From positions 18,788,001-18,852,000 of the forward strand of contig NW_024704743.1 in NCBI RefSeq assembly GCF_018977255.1: a DNA stretch of 64,000 nt. Reading direction: 5' to 3'. Below, piece after piece: positions 13,215 to 26,805 of this stretch (its first letter is position 1; every line of letters begins with the position of its first letter). The stretch is from Callorhinchus milii. Lineage: Eukaryota. The notes below the pieces were generated by a model. The model was not told the DNA's origin. It did not search any database and worked only from the letters and a program-made list of their open reading frames with translations. The position numbers and the translations under genes are program-made.

Positions 13215-14625
13215 ATGAGAAGTGGAGTGAACGTGAAGCAGAGAGTGGAGAGGTGGGTCGCCTGAGATTGTAAATCTATTGATAAGAGAAGTTTGTAGGT
13301 AAATAAGAAAGTTAAGTAAGATAAGTTAAATTGCAAAAGGTGTGAGCTAAATTTGGCAGTTGGGTTAAGCCTATTTTGGCAGTAAGACAGATTTGAATTT
13401 TGAATATTCAAATATCCAAATCAATTTAGCTGAGTGTAAATTGTGTGCTATCTTTTAGCAAAATAAAAGCAGAGAGATTTGAGCAAAGCGAGACTGAAGT
13501 GGAGTAGACTTGAGGCAAATTGATGAGTTGTGTCTGCTGAGAGTTAAGTCAGAGGAGATGCAAGACAACAATTTATTAGAGTAATGGAAAGAGAGCTTAT
13601 CCCTGTTTTGTATGGAAAATGCATGATTATTGGAGATTCTGACCTCTTTTAGTGCCGAGGACAACTATACATATATGAAATGTGTCCAAGTGTGTGCGCT
13701 CAAGCTCAAAGCTGGTGAACTTGAATTTCTGAATCATGTGCTCCTGGAAGTGACCACCACACCAGCAGGTATGGAGAACAAGGAAGGGACAAGGATGACT
13801 GTCCTCAGGGTTCAGAAGAACAGACAGGAGACAGGAGTGCAGAAATCCAGTGGGGATACTATTCTGGCAAACATATATCAGGCAATGAGTACCGTTTATA
13901 AAGACAATGCCTCAACAGAAGGCAACCATGAGTAATATCACCATGGAGCAAGTGGCTGCCCAGGAGATGAAAGTGAAGGTCAGGAATGCAGTGGAGACAG
14001 AAGGCTCCATAATCAGGGAAATAGACAAGTCATTCAGTAGCTGAAATTCCAATGGTAAGGAAAGTAACAAAGTGGGTGGATAAGATTTTAGAGAGGGAGG
14101 GAGAGAGACCAGTGAGCATTCATGGTTCATGTAGGAACCAATAACGTAAGCAACAGTAGATTTCAGATCCTGCAGAGTGAGTTCCAGGAATGAGGAGATG
14201 GATTAAGGCATAGGACCTTTAGCATTGTAATCCCAGGATTACTTCACGTTGCATATGCCAGTCAATATATTAATAGGGAGATATGACAAGCAAACATATG
14301 ACTGGAGAGATAATATAGGAAGGAAGGGATTACATTCTTAGGGCATTGGGAGCAGTTTGGGGGCAGGAAGGAGCTGAATGGAAGGCATCGGCTTTACCTG
14401 AACAAGGTTTGCACTAATCTCCTCACTGGGAAAATAATTAGGGCTGCAGTGGAAGATTTAGGCTAATATGACAGGGGAGTAAAAAGAAACACAATGTAAT
14501 ATGGAAGAGGAATGTGGGGGGTAATGACATGCGGAAAACAAAGTCACCTTGACCCATGTGGAGTAAAAACACTGGTATGTACTGGTTGGGCTGAATGGCC
14601 TGTTTCTATGCTGTACATTCTTTGT
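13215..14625 (+). mobile_element. Degenerate CR1 LINE 5' region (ORF1 zinc finger/esterase) plus short 3' tail
   Basis: YTYMKCVQVCALKLK, VHVGTNN and GHWEQFGGRKEL remnants; CR1-type tail GGGCTGAATGGCCTGTTTCT at about 14588. Confidence 0.7.
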
Positions 14626-15242
14626 AAATCTTTGAAGACGTAAAATTACAGTCTGTTCTGCCTGTTTTCAAGCAGATATTGAAGATCCTATGGAACTGTT
14701 TGAAAAGAGAAGGGAGTTTCTCCCAGTCTTTTAGTCCTTCAAACTAATTGGCAATTAACTTTATGACTGCTGTAGTTGTAGGACCTCACTAACACAAATG
14801 GCTTTGTGTTTGCCTGCAAAAACAGGCACTACACTTAAGTTTTTCTACAATAATCTGGGAATTTGGCTCTGAACAGAATGCAGAAGTGTTCAGAATGTCA
14901 GTTTGCTGGGTTGTTTTCCTAATATTAGGGCTTTGCTATCAGTCAGTTACTAACGCCCTGCTCAAAATACATTTAAAATATTCACTGGTCACAAGCATAC
15001 AATTTGGCAACACCCCAAAGCCTTAAATTAAGTCAGAGAAAGTTTTTACCACTTGTGGGTGCGGAAACAATGGACAGTAAGTCTCCATTCAGGTGAGTTT
15101 GGAGACCCCTCGACCATCAGACACGACTGGATGGTCACTCGAGCTCGGGGGTGGGAGCTAAGGGGAGCGGGGAAGGGGAAAGATGACGGTCAAAGAGGTT
15201 TGTTTTCAGACATGCCTTGAAGAAGGCGAGGGAGGGAATAGT

Positions 15243-15552
15243 AATAATAATCCTTGCATTTTGATATAGCGCTTTTCATGTCTTCTAGACGTCTCAAAGT
15301 GCTTCACAGATTATGCTGTAAAGTGAATTGACCGTATATTTGTGGGCGAAACGCGGCAGCCAAATGCGCACTGCAGTGTCCCACAAACAGTCATGGATTG
15401 AAAATGACCAATTTATTATTGTTTTGTTTTGGAGGGATTATTATTAGGCGTGTGGAGTAAGGAAACTTGCCCAAGGTTTCGCCCTGCCTGGAATTGAACC
15501 CAGATGTCTCGCTTGCAAGGCGAGTTCTCTAACCACTGAGCTACAGGACTCC
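15243..15552 (-). mobile_element. Young tRNA-Ala-derived SINE, full length
   Basis: Reverse complement of the 60552-60874 type; inserted in an L2 tail fragment. Confidence 0.9.
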
Positions 15553-16156
15553 AGACAGGTCAGAGGGACTCCAGGATGGAGTTCCAGAGAGTGGGGACAG
15601 ATCTAATGTCCGATTCTGAAGTATTACTTTCTTGGAACACAAGATATTTTCTTGAAAAATCACGTTAAATAGATTTTTAAAAACTAAAGGGATTAAGCGA
15701 TATGGGGATATGGGGATAGGGCGGGTAAATGAAATTAGGTTACAAGATCAGCCATGATCTTATTAAATAGTGGGGCAGTCTCGAGAGACCGAATGGCCTA
15801 CTCCTACTTCTATTTCTTATGTCCTTATGCTCTTATATTATTTCAATATTCAATACAGCTAAAACTTCCATTATTGTGAATCATTGATTGTTGAGCAACA
15901 GATTGCTTTTAAACTTCAGATTAACAAAAGGATGAGGTGGGGCTAATGTGTGGTAGACTTCAGGATTCTTCCTGTTAATATTTAATGGCTATGTGATTCA
16001 CAGCAAGTTGAGTACTGGCTTTACTCCACTTCATTTTAGTTCACAAGAAGGCAGCTCATGTGAACATTTTCCCCTCTTACCACAGGTTTCAAAGCTGCAC
16101 AAGGAGGAAGAGAATAAGCTAAGTGAAGTAGGACATTTGTTGGGCAAAAGAGAAAC

Positions 16157-16405
16157 ATGCTGCTGCCTTGGGTTCGTTTGGTGATATGCGTCAGTACAGT
16201 GGGTACTCTTATCAAAGTAGAGGCCAACGAGAACAGAGAGGCAGATTGGCACAACTATGGCTATCTGAAAGAAGTTCTACACAACTTGACTCTCGGTGAC
16301 CATGTTGCATTTCCCAGGAATGCCACTGGCTTGTTGATTCACATGCTCTGGGATCGAGTACAATGCACAGAAAGAACGGGGAACACAGTCAGGCAGTGTG
16401 ACCAG
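16157..16405 (+). CDS. slc39a12: slc39a12 coding exon 1 (exon starts about 16086 with 5'UTR); signal peptide MLLPWVRLVICVSTVG...QCDQ
   Basis: Acceptor ttttcccctcttaccacAG ends at 16085, ATG at 16157, donor CAG|GTGGGT at 16406; phase 0. Confidence 0.85.
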
Positions 16406-17520
16406 GTGGGTTTACTTATACCTTTCCAAATATCAGAGAAAAACACAGAGCAACCGTAAACAGTAAACATTTGTCAGGTTTACGAGCACTTCACACGAAA
16501 GAAAAGGTTTGCCATAGAACAGCAAGAGAATGGATAGACTAAATTCTTTGTTGATTGCAAGTGGGGCTTGTGGTTTCCACACTAGGAGTCTATTGATCAA
16601 ACATGCTGCATTGTTTTAGTTATGAATGCAAAGTACAAGGTACGAGACCAAAAATTGATTCTTCACTAAACTATGCTTATCTAGAAAAATATTTTACAAT
16701 ATCAACAAGCAATATACTGTACTTTGGTTTAGAGTATAAAAAATATAAAATTATTATAACCAGAATTATAAGGGAGTAATAAGGAAACAACTTCCTTTAG
16801 TAATTGAGATTTATTGAAATGATGGATCAAAATTGTTATATTCAAAAAACAAGAGTTAGCTTTCATTACCAAGATTGCAATAGTTTTCCTTCGAAAACAC
16901 GCAAGTTGCTATTATGTGCTGGGTATCACCATGTTCATTATTGTATGTTAAATATTGCAAAATTCCTTAGATTTAGTGCAATTTGTTCGTTTTAATGTAG
17001 TTTCTGTGTGCCAGTGTTATGGTGACATAAGAGAACTGTAATAATAATAATCCTTACATTTGATATTATCCTTTTTCAAGGTGAAATGACTCACACACTA
17101 CAGAGAACATTCTGTAAAGTGTAATGACTGTGTATTTGAAGGCAAACATAGCATTCCAATGTGTAAACAGCAATGTCTCACCCACAGCCATGAAGTGAAT
17201 GACCAATGTTGTTAGGGGAATTGTAGACCAAAACACCGGTAGAATCTTCCTTCTCTTCTTGAATAGTGTTGTTGAATCTTTGACTTCCACCAGGACTGGC
17301 AAAGTTAGTTTATTATCTCATCTAAAGGACGGTAGCTCCGACAAGACAGTGCTCTCCCAGCACTCTGTTGGACTGTCACAAAGATCATGAACTCAAAGTC
17401 ATGAACCCAGAGATGAGAGCCAGGCTGATATATGTAGGTACAGCTCTGAAATGTGAAACTATGTTGACAATTCCAGTCAAAAGGCCAGTGAAGGAGATTT
17501 ATTAGAATAACAACTTGTGT

Positions 17521-17833
17521 GAAGTCCTGCAGCTCCATGGTTAGAGTACTCACCTTGAAAGTGAGAGACCCAGGTTCAATTCCCAGCAGAGTGAAACCTT
17601 GGGCAAGTTTCCTTACTCCACACGCCTACTAATAATCCCTCAAGAAAAAACAATAATAACAAAATTGGTCACTTCAATCCATGACTGTTTGTGGGATACT
17701 GCTGTGCGCAATTGGCTGCCACATTTCGCCCACAAATATACAGTCAATTCACTTTACAGTATATTCTGTGAAGCGCTTTGAGACGTCTAGAAGATGTGAA
17801 ATGCGCTGTATCAAATGCAAGGATTATTATTAT
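17521..17833 (+). mobile_element. Young tRNA-Ala-derived SINE, full length
   Basis: Head with GTTCAATTCC B-box, Deu-like core, (ATT)n. Confidence 0.9.
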
Positions 17834-18719
17834 AATTATTCTTTTTATAACTTGCATTTATACAGCGCCCCTCATTCAGGATTAGCATCCCAGAATCCCA
17901 CTTATTAAATCAGATAGTGACTTTTTTTGTGTATTTCTGGTTAAATAACCTACGAGGAATAAGGAATCCTATAGAATTTCCATCAACCAGCAGAAACTCC
18001 ACCCCGAATGTGAATTGCAACAACAACAACAACAAAATTACATTTGTGTAGCACCTTTCACATCGGGAAGACGTCCAACCAGAGCTGTTCCCACACATTG
18101 GAGGTGACGCACTTTCAGTTACTTGGAAAGAGACCAATTTGCCTCATTTGCATTTGGTATTCAGAAATCTCATTAAGAATTGATGCCTTAATAAATTCCA
18201 TGGGCATACACAGCCTTCAGCTAGACTTATAAATGAGATATATAAAATGACTGAATGAAAATATTCTCCATAGTAAATAATCACTAGTCAGCTCAAAGAG
18301 GTTTACTGCAGTCTTTGAGCCTTGCAATACTTGAAGCATCCTTAAGTAATTAAGTGTGATTATGTACATACTTAATGCAGAACTAAAAAAAAACTGCCAG
18401 GCATTCTTTAAAGCTCATAACCCAAATTAAGTTTAAAGCAGCTTCCCCACTACATCCCCCTCTGAGTTGAATATTAAACAAAAGATCTTGGTCAACGGTT
18501 AAAATTTAATTATTATTAAATGATCATGAATAATTATTAATGAACTAACAATTACTGTTATTATTCATAATTTACTCTAATTATTACATTTTATTAAATG
18601 ATAATATTGATCTTTGTATCTTATATAGTGCCTTGTTGAACACCTCAAACATTTGTTGGATTTAAGTGTAAAATATTTGTCAAGTGGCAATAGAAGATTT
18701 GGAATTTAAGCTGCACCAA

Positions 18720-20125
18720 AACCTATTGCTTCCACCTTCACCTTCACCGCACCCAAATCGTCCTTCAAGAAGAGGATGATCCTGGAATCCACTATCACTT
18801 GCCTTGCCCATCCTCTGATCCAATTCAAAATGCGAGGAGATGATGGTTATTCTTGGGTCCAAAATTGAAAGGATTCACTCTGCTGTCTCTGCCATTACTT
18901 CTACTATCCCCTCTTCCTCTGCCTTCCTCTCAACCTTCACTCTACACTTTCGACCCAGTGTCTCATTTATCCCTCTTCTCCCTCATCTCCTGTATACATG
19001 AAACCCACCATGTGCTCCCTTGACCAAATTCCCACCCCTCTACCGACCTCCCAGCTCCACCTCCTTGCCCCAATATAAACCTCTTCTTGTCCACTGACAT
19101 AGGTCCCACTTCTTTCAAAAGGTGTCATCACCCCCTCCCTTCTTAAAAAAGCTTCCATTTAGCGATGTCATCCGCATACATGGGGGTTAATTTCCACATG
19201 CATGTGGGAAACACCTAACTGCCTCCACCTTCGATTCCAGGACCACTCTGTTCTGACCATTTGCCTGTTGGACATCAAGTCCTGGATGAGAGCTAACTTT
19301 TTCCAGTTGAATGTTGACAAGATGGAGGCCCTCCTGTTTGGCAGTCGTCAGGGCTTTCTCACCTTTCGCTGTAGCATCAATCCACATGGTGGCTCACTCC
19401 ACCTCATGGAGCCAAGGTGTCTTGTTCAATTCTCAACTGTCCTTAAAAAGACCACACATTCATGTTTAGCTTTCCCCCACCTTTGTAATATTGCCCGCCT
19501 CTGCCACTTGCTCTTTTCTTGGGCCACCAAGATCCTAAGCCGTGCATTCATCATGTCTAGGCTTGATTATGCCAATTCTTTGCTCGTCAGAATACTTGCT
19601 TCTTTTCTCCACAAGTTGTAGACTATTCAAACTCTACAACCTGTGTTCTTTTCTGCACTAGGCTCCGCAAACTTATCATTCCCATCCTCGCCCAGCTCCA
19701 CTGGCTCCACAACCCCCAGAGATCAAGATGCTCATCCTAACCTTTAAAGCCTTATGTGGTCTTGGCCCATCCTCCTTCTGCAACCTCCTCAAACCCTATC
19801 AACCAAGCCACTCCCTCTACGCAGCAGGGACTGGCCTCCATCGCATCTCCTGCTCCACCTGCCGCACCGTCAGTGGTTGGGCTTCCATCACGTCTGCCTC
19901 CATTCTCTGGAAGACCCTCCAAATCCCTTCAACTTGCCCCTTCCCTCGCCTACTTCAAGGTCCTCATCAAGACCTTCCTTTTTGACCATGCTTTTGACTA
20001 TCTTTCCCCTTTCATCATCCTTACTTCTGCATCCCCTTGACCCCACCCCCACCAACAAATGCTGGACTGTTCAGCATTTTGGGAAGTCCTCAAAATGTGA
20101 AATACAAATTTGTATTGTATTGTAA
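18720..20125 (+). mobile_element. Degenerate L2 LINE ORF2 fragments
   Basis: CLLDIKSWMRANFFQLN and SRLDYANSLL remnants plus tail. Confidence 0.8.
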
Positions 20126-20499
20126 TACTTAGGTACTACCAGAGTTTAACCAGCTAAAACCTCATAAACTTGCTACTGAGAGTAAATTTCCATCTGCTTC
20201 TCCAAGTAGAAGCATTCTGCTAAGGTGGGGCTTTGGCTTGCAGGGGTAACAAGCGCTGAGTGGGAAGAATTACTGTTCCCAGTGAATGGTATGCTTTTCA
20301 ACTCCTTGCCGATCAGCCAGCCTGGCTGGTTTGTCATCAGCTATTCATGCTATTCAATTTTTCTAGCTACTGATTAGTTTTCTTTTCCATTCCCAAAAGC
20401 TCCTTTAGCTAATTATTTGGAAGCTTTTGTATTGTGTATATATGTACAATACAGTTTATATTGATATAGCACCCTGCATATATATATATATATTTAGAT

Positions 20500-21440
20500 G
20501 TCAGCCGGCTCAATTGGTTGCCCTCTCATCTGCGAGCCAAAAATTTGTGGTTGTGAGCCCCACATTGATAATGTGAACTCACAACCAAGGCTAACACATT
20601 ATTAGGATGCGCTGAATTATTGGAGATGCTGTCCTTCAGATGAGATGATAAACTAAGGTTCTGTCTGTCTGTTCAAATTTTTTTTTTTTTTTTGGTCAGC
20701 CAGGTGTCTGATACGTGCAGAAACCGACCACCAGGTGTAAGAGTATCCAAACTAAGCTGAGATTTCCATGCATCACACTTACATTATTATTATTACACAT
20801 GGAAATCCCATAGATAGATTGTTGGAATGGAATGTGCACTCTCTCCCTGTCGGGATGCTTCCTGCTTCGGAAAGTATTAAGTGCAGGTTGCAAGAGCCAA
20901 GGCTTGGGGACACCAAAAGTGCGTGTGCTGGAGTCTAAACAGCTAAAAATGCATAGCTTGCCATGGATATTGTTGTCTGGAAAGCTTTCCCACTGCTTGC
21001 CCAGCTAGGACCACCCTATCCATAGTGCTTTGGCTTGCAAGGTTAGCAGGAGCTGAGTGGGTTGGCTCGTTGCCCCCTGTGACTGGTCTGCCCTTCCAGG
21101 TCCTGCCGATGATCCATGTGCTGTCATGAACAGTGCCCTGGAATACTGAGGACCTACTTGGCTCAGGACCAGACTACCGCCACCGCCACAGAGAGCTGAA
21201 TAGAGTCTGACATTCCGTTGTCAGGCATGCCACCTTGGTGCCTATTCACATAGACATTAAAGATTCCATGACACTGTTCAAAAAGAGAAGGAATTTCTCC
21301 CGGTGTCCTGGGCAACAATCACCCTGAAAAAATTGGTCATTCATTGCATTGTTGTTTGTGCGACGTTGCTATGTGCATTTGCCTCTGGCTTGAGATGTCC
21401 TCCTGAAGTAAAATACACTAATTCAAATGCAAGAATTATT
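20500..21440 (+). mobile_element. Old Deu-domain (SacSINE1/AmnSINE-like) SINE interrupted at 20678-21248
   Basis: tRNA-like head, GGAGATGCTGTCCTTCAGATGAG...AAAGATTCCATG core and L2-like tail on both sides of the insert. Confidence 0.75.
20678..21248 (-). mobile_element. Unclassified poly(A)-tailed retroposon (window family X)
   Basis: T16 run then GGTCAGCC; homologous copies at 34968-35335, 47864-48390, 49326-49450, 58748-58975, 20137-20345 (all -) and 32445-32484 plus 33759-34092 (+). Confidence 0.75.
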
Positions 21441-21531
21441 ATTGTATATTGTATTATTATGTATTGAGTTATGTTAGATTCACTGCACTACTATTTCAAA
21501 GTATTCACATTTCATTGCATTTTAATTGCAG

Positions 21532-21816
21532 TGTCTTTCACCGGAGTATCTCTTGTCATTTGTGGAAGGAACGGCAGAGGACGAACTTAATGAAGATGCC
21601 TTTCACAGAATATCTGTTATCCTTCTTTATTATATAATTAACATGAAAGACGTCTGCTCTTCAAAAACTCTTCCGACCACCAAGAATTACAAATTCTACC
21701 TCAAAGGCATTTTAAGTTTAATACCGGAAGAAAATTCACAATATCTTTCCCACAATGAAGTTAGCAAACTTTTGGAAATCATTCAGGAGCATTATACAGT
21801 TTCCTCATGGAGTCAG
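21532..21816 (+). CDS. slc39a12: slc39a12 coding exon 2 (CLSPEYLL...SSWSQ)
   Basis: ttttaattgcAG acceptor, CAG|GTAAAG donor, 285 nt open, phase 0-0. Confidence 0.9.
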
Positions 21817-22454
21817 GTAAAGTTGATTGTGTCTCTAGACGGTGGAACACCTTGATATTTTAATATTTTAAACTGTAGATTATTCCCTCCCGCCCCCACA
21901 AAAAATTCTGTACCCCTCTTCAAGACAATCTTCTGTGCTCATTTTTCCTGGGTCTGTTCCTCTGTCTGCTTGGTACCTTCCACCTTGTCGTAATGGTCAA
22001 GCTGCCCATTATTTACATCTGATACTTGACAGTGAGCTTTGTCACTTACAAATCCCTTCATGCCGTAGTACCTCTATCTCTCTTACCTCCTTCTACCCAC
22101 TCCTCTGCTCAATCCCTCCGCTTGGCTAATTTGCCATTGCCTCATGCCCCCNACCCTTTTGGTACCAACATGGTGGCCAAGTTTGCAGATTTTATGCATC
22201 TAAGGTCCTCCCTTCCTCTACCCCTCCACTATGAAAACTACTTCTTTGACCTTGCCCTCTCCCCCTTCCCCTACTCTGTGTACGATCCCTTCACTCTGAA
22301 GCCCTCCGAAACTTTATCCCGTGAAGAGCGCTATATCAATCTAAGTTGTTGTTCTTTTAAACCTAAACAATGGAGTCAATTTGTGGCATTTCTTAAATGT
22401 ATTCCCCATTATGGAATCCAAGTTGTGTAAATGGAGACTCTTTCTGGTTACCAG

Positions 22455-24010
22455 AACTAAATCATGCAGACACAGGAACAGGAAAGGGCCATTCAGCCCT
22501 TCGAGCCTTTGCCACCATTTAATTAGATCATGGGTGATCTGCACCTCAACTAATAATTTCAATTCCAATTCCCACTACTGCCCATTTCCTGTAATAACCT
22601 GACCTACCAAAAATCTATCAACCTCATTGTTGATACATCCACGATCTTTTGGGGGAGAGATTTCCAGATTTCTACCAACCTTTGAGTGAAAAAATGTTTC
22701 CTGATTTTTCTCTTAAATGGCCTGGTTCTAATTTTAAGACTATGCCCCTTTGTTGTTTTAGATTCCCCACCAGAGGAAATACCTTCTCTGTATCTACCCT
22801 ATCGAATCCCTTTATCATCTTAAATACTTCAATCAAATCACCCCTCAATCTTCTAAACTCAAGGCAGTACAATCCAAGTTTATGCAGCCTTTCCTCATAA
22901 CTTAACCCTTTTAGGCCAGGAAACATTCTGGTGAACCTGCCCTGCACCCCCTCCAGGGCCAATATATCTTTCGTGAAATGTGTTGCTCAGAACTGAATGC
23001 AGTACTCTTGATGGGGTCTGACTAACCTCTATACAGCTGAAGCATAATTTCTTCCTCTTTGTATTCCAGTCCCCTTGCCAACATTCCATTCAGCTTTTTG
23101 ATTACTTTTTGAACCTGGGAACTAGTTTCTAGTGATTGGTGGATACGGACAAATTTCTTTGCACCTCCACTGTTCTTAATTTCTCCGCATTAAGAAAATA
23201 TTCTGCTTTATCTGTTTATTCAGTCCATAATTGATGATCTCACAGTTCCCACATTGAACTCCATGTGCCACAGCTTTGCCCACTCACTTATTTTGTCTAA
23301 GTCCCTTTGTAAACTTCGTACTCCCATTACACAACTTACTGAGCCTCCTAGCTTAGCGTCTGCAAACTTGGATATAAAACTTTCTATTCCTTTATCCAAG
23401 TCATTTATATAAATGATGAATAGCTGAAGTACCAGTACAAACCCCCGGGGGGACACCACTTGTCACATCCCACCAATCAGAGAATGTTCCCTTCATGGAG
23501 TCCTGTCGCTCAGTGGTTAGAGCACTCACCTCGCGAGCGAAAGACCTGGGTTCGATTCCCGGCAGGGTGAAACCTTGGGCAAGTTTCTTTACTCCAAATC
23601 CCTGATAATAATCCCTCAAGAGAAGAAAACAATAATAAATTGGTCACTTCAACCCATGACTGTTTTGTGGGACACTGCTGTGTGCAATTGGCTGCCGTGT
23701 TTCGCCCACAAAAATAGTCAATTCACTTTACAGTATATTCTGTGAATTGCTTTGAGACGTCTAGAAGACGTGAAAAGCACTATATCAAATGCAAGGATTA
23801 TTATTATTATTATCCCTACTCTCTGATTCCTGCCTCCCAACCAATTAACAAAGCTATGTCACAAGATTACCTCCACTCCGTGCACTTCCATTTTTGCTAA
23901 TAGTCTTTTGTGTGAGACCTTATCAAATGCCTTGTGAAAGTCCATATAATAAATAAATAACATTCATAGAACCTCTCTTACCTACCATTTTAGTGACCTC
24001 TTCAAAAAAT
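22455..24010 (-). mobile_element. CR1 LINE 3' part (RT C-terminus and tail)
   Basis: LFIIYINDLD...SKFADAKLGG and RRLRGDLIEVFK motifs; tail GGGCTGAATGGCCC. Confidence 0.92.
23497..23813 (+). mobile_element. Young tRNA-Ala-derived SINE inserted in CR1
   Basis: A/B boxes, Deu-like core and (ATT)n; CR1 resumes on both sides. Confidence 0.92.
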
Positions 24011-24229
24011 TTGGAAGGAACTTAGGAATAGGCCAGTCAGTCCCTTCAGCCTGTTTTGCCATTCTATTAGATCATGGCTGATCTGTATCTCAACTCCAAC
24101 TATACACTAAGCCTATTCTGGCACAACTGATCTACCTCCAGAGCCAAATTCCTGCAGTCGATGAGATTCTATGGGGACTCTTTGTGAAGGAATCACAGAA
24201 AGATTTACCAAAAATGAAAAAAGGAAATG

Positions 24230-24650
24230 TAAACTATATGAAAAGGCTTGATAAACTGGGACACTTTCTCATTGGAGCTCAGAAGGCTGAGAGGGGATAT
24301 GATAGAGATGAAGGGAGATATATAAGATGAAGGCAGGCTTAGGGTGGACAGGGAAAGATTATTTCCAAGGGTCAATAGATCAAGGCTAGAGTGCACAGTT
24401 CTAGAATCAGAACTGGGAATCCAGAATGGAGATTAAGAGGAACTTTTTCACAGAGAGGGGTGGGAATGTGAAATTTTCTGCCACAATTAATTGTTTGGTG
24501 CGGCAATTATGCACATTCAAAAAAGACTGTACACATGGTCAAGGAAGAATAAAGTTTAGGAAAAGCCTGGATATAGGATTGAGAAAAGGCACTTGTGTGG
24601 AATATAATGGACTGAATATCCAATTTCCAAGCTGTACCATCTACGAATCT
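24230..24650 (+). mobile_element. Degenerate CR1 3' fragment
   Basis: AGAAGGCTGAGAGGGGAT (RRLRGD) and AACTTTTTCACAGAGAGGG (NFFTER) remnants. Confidence 0.7.
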
Positions 24651-24815
24651 ACAAAATGAGACCTCATTTATAATAATAATACATGTATTTTATATAGCGC
24701 CTTATCATGCCATCGAAACTTCTGAAAGCACTTCACAGGATACCTATAAGTGCAATGGCTGTGTATTTGCAAGAATTTCACGTGAAGAAAAAACTGTAGA
24801 CTTTTTCTTTTGCAG

Positions 24816-25023
24816 TGCGTTGATGCAGAATGGTTAGAGAAGGAGACTGGAATCATAGATACCCAAGAGGCTGATGAGCACAGCACCCCTCCTCTGGCTG
24901 CTGCTCTCATTACCTACATCCTGCAAGGACTGTGCATTGATAACTCACACTTACCCAGTCCAGACTTCTTCGTCGACTTTATTTTCGATTTCTTAAACAG
25001 CACGAACAGTATGAGTACCGCAG
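24816..25023 (+). CDS. slc39a12: slc39a12 coding exon 3 (CVDAEWLE...LPSPDFFVDFIF...)
   Basis: ctttttcttttgcAG acceptor, CAG|GTATGT donor, 208 nt; LPSPDFF motif typical of the ZIP4/ZIP12 ectodomain. Confidence 0.93.
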
Positions 25024-25665
25024 GTATGTTAAAGCTTCTGAGGCCAAACTGAAAATCTACTGCAGTTACTGTTGCCAGACACTATTCAGGGAGTAGAAGC
25101 AGCTGACCCATTAGTTGACCACCTGTGACCACAACTCTAGGTGTCCTGGCTAACAATCCCCCAAATAAAATTGATCAATCAATTCATGGCTGTTTGTAGA
25201 ATATTGTTATGCACAAATTGGGTGCCGTGTTCACCTGCAAAACACACAGTTACTTCACTTTACCCTGTGAAGTGCTTTGGGACTTGAGAAGCACAATATT
25301 AAATTCATCTATTATTATTATTACTATTATCTGTGAGTTGATCAAGTTAGTGATTTGTGAAACAAATCAAATTTGATTCTTCAAATATGAATCACCTCAT
25401 TGATCTTGCAATCACTGTACTGTGCAATATCACAATTTAAACCAATGTAGTTAAAAATGTTATATTCATATCTGATAGTGTCACTCAATTACTACCAGGG
25501 ACAAGGGAGAAATGACAGAGAATGTTATGTTTACAGAGATTTTTAAATGCATTTGTCACCTCTCTCAGAATTTGAAGTTCATGGTAGGACAAACTATACA
25601 CCAGTCTTAAAGAAAATGAACATGATGACTCATTGCGATTCTGTCATTTATGTCCTTATATTCAG

Positions 25666-25850
25666 ACTTGAATCATCTCCTGAAGCAACTGGGTTTGGGA
25701 AAGCACCTTGAATCACACTCACATCACAACCAGGCAGACCTGAGAAGCATGAATACACACCGCAGAAACTCCAACGGTCTACACCGAAAACTAAGACATG
25801 AAGACCATAATGACCATGCACATGTTAATGGTAAATTCACGTGGACAAAG
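25666..25850 (+). CDS. slc39a12: slc39a12 coding exon 4 (DLNHLLKQLG...His-rich...TWTK)
   Basis: ttcAG acceptor, AAG|GTAAAA donor, 185 nt, phase 1-0. Confidence 0.88.
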
Positions 25851-25914
25851 GTAAAATGGTAAAATAATTAACCTGATATTAGTGTCTCATATTAGATATT
25901 ACACAAAATCACAA

Positions 25915-26805
25915 GATCACGTGATTGTTCTCGATGAAGAAAGTCCTTCAACCCATTTGATCTCATCCCTCCAGAACACCAATCTTACCATACCTCATCC
26001 CTCCATGAAGCTGCTTTTTAAATGAGTCTAGTGATCTGGCCTCTGCTACTTTTCCTAGCAGCCTGTTACAGTAGTTGATTATCATCTGAATAAAAAAACT
26101 CCTGAAACTCGTGTTTACAACTCTAAACTTATGTGATCTTGTTCCAGTGTCTTGGTGAATCCTAAAGTATTGATCTTGGATAATTTTTCATCCCAATTAA
26201 AATGTTGTGCATCTCTATGAGGTCCCTTCTGATTCATTCATATCTCAAAACTGAAGAGCCATAGCTTGTCTAATCGTTGTTCATTCCTCTAACACTGGGG
26301 GTCATTCCTCATTGCTCTAAAGATCATCCTCATTGCTCTGAAGTTGTAGAATTGGAGAGTACAAAGCAGTTTTTCAAGGATGCTACCATGGATGAGTGGA
26401 TACATCTACCAAGAAAGGATGGAGCTTTTCTCCCTAGAGATGAGATGATTGAGAGGAGATCTGTTAGAGTGTTTAAAATTAAGAAAGGATTCAATAAGGT
26501 GTTGTTTGATAATCTGTTTCCACTTGTTTGTGAGACCAGAACTAGAGGGCATAAATCTAAGATAGCGAGATCTAATAGGCAGTTTAGGAGAAACTTATTT
26601 ATGCATATGGTGGTAATAATGCGGAACTCACTGCCAAAGTTGAGTTTGAAGCAAAAAGCTTTAGCATTTTTAACAGGAAACTTGATGGGTACGTTAAAGA
26701 CAAGGGATTAGATGGGTGTAGCAGATAAAAATAGGAAAGGTTGAGGTTGGAGTATAAAAACAGACATGGACTAGTTGGGCTAAATGTGCCATATCATTCT
26801 ATGAA
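25915..26805. mobile_element. Two degenerate CR1 3' fragments in opposite orientation
   Basis: VFKIKKGF...TRTRGH remnant on + (about 26400-26805); CR1-like tail on - (about 25915-26290). Confidence 0.6.

Noticed and set aside
15365..15371. Metal-response element core TGCGCAC near a zinc transporter gene
   Set aside because: It is part of the SINE consensus and so expected genome-wide; nothing indicates specificity to this gene.
22152..22152. Ambiguous base N (also at 50644)
   Set aside because: Assembly ambiguity within repeats, not biological.
25826..25836. Alternative donor ATG|GTAAAT in coding exon 4
   Set aside because: It is out of phase with the next exon; the donor after 25850 keeps the frame.
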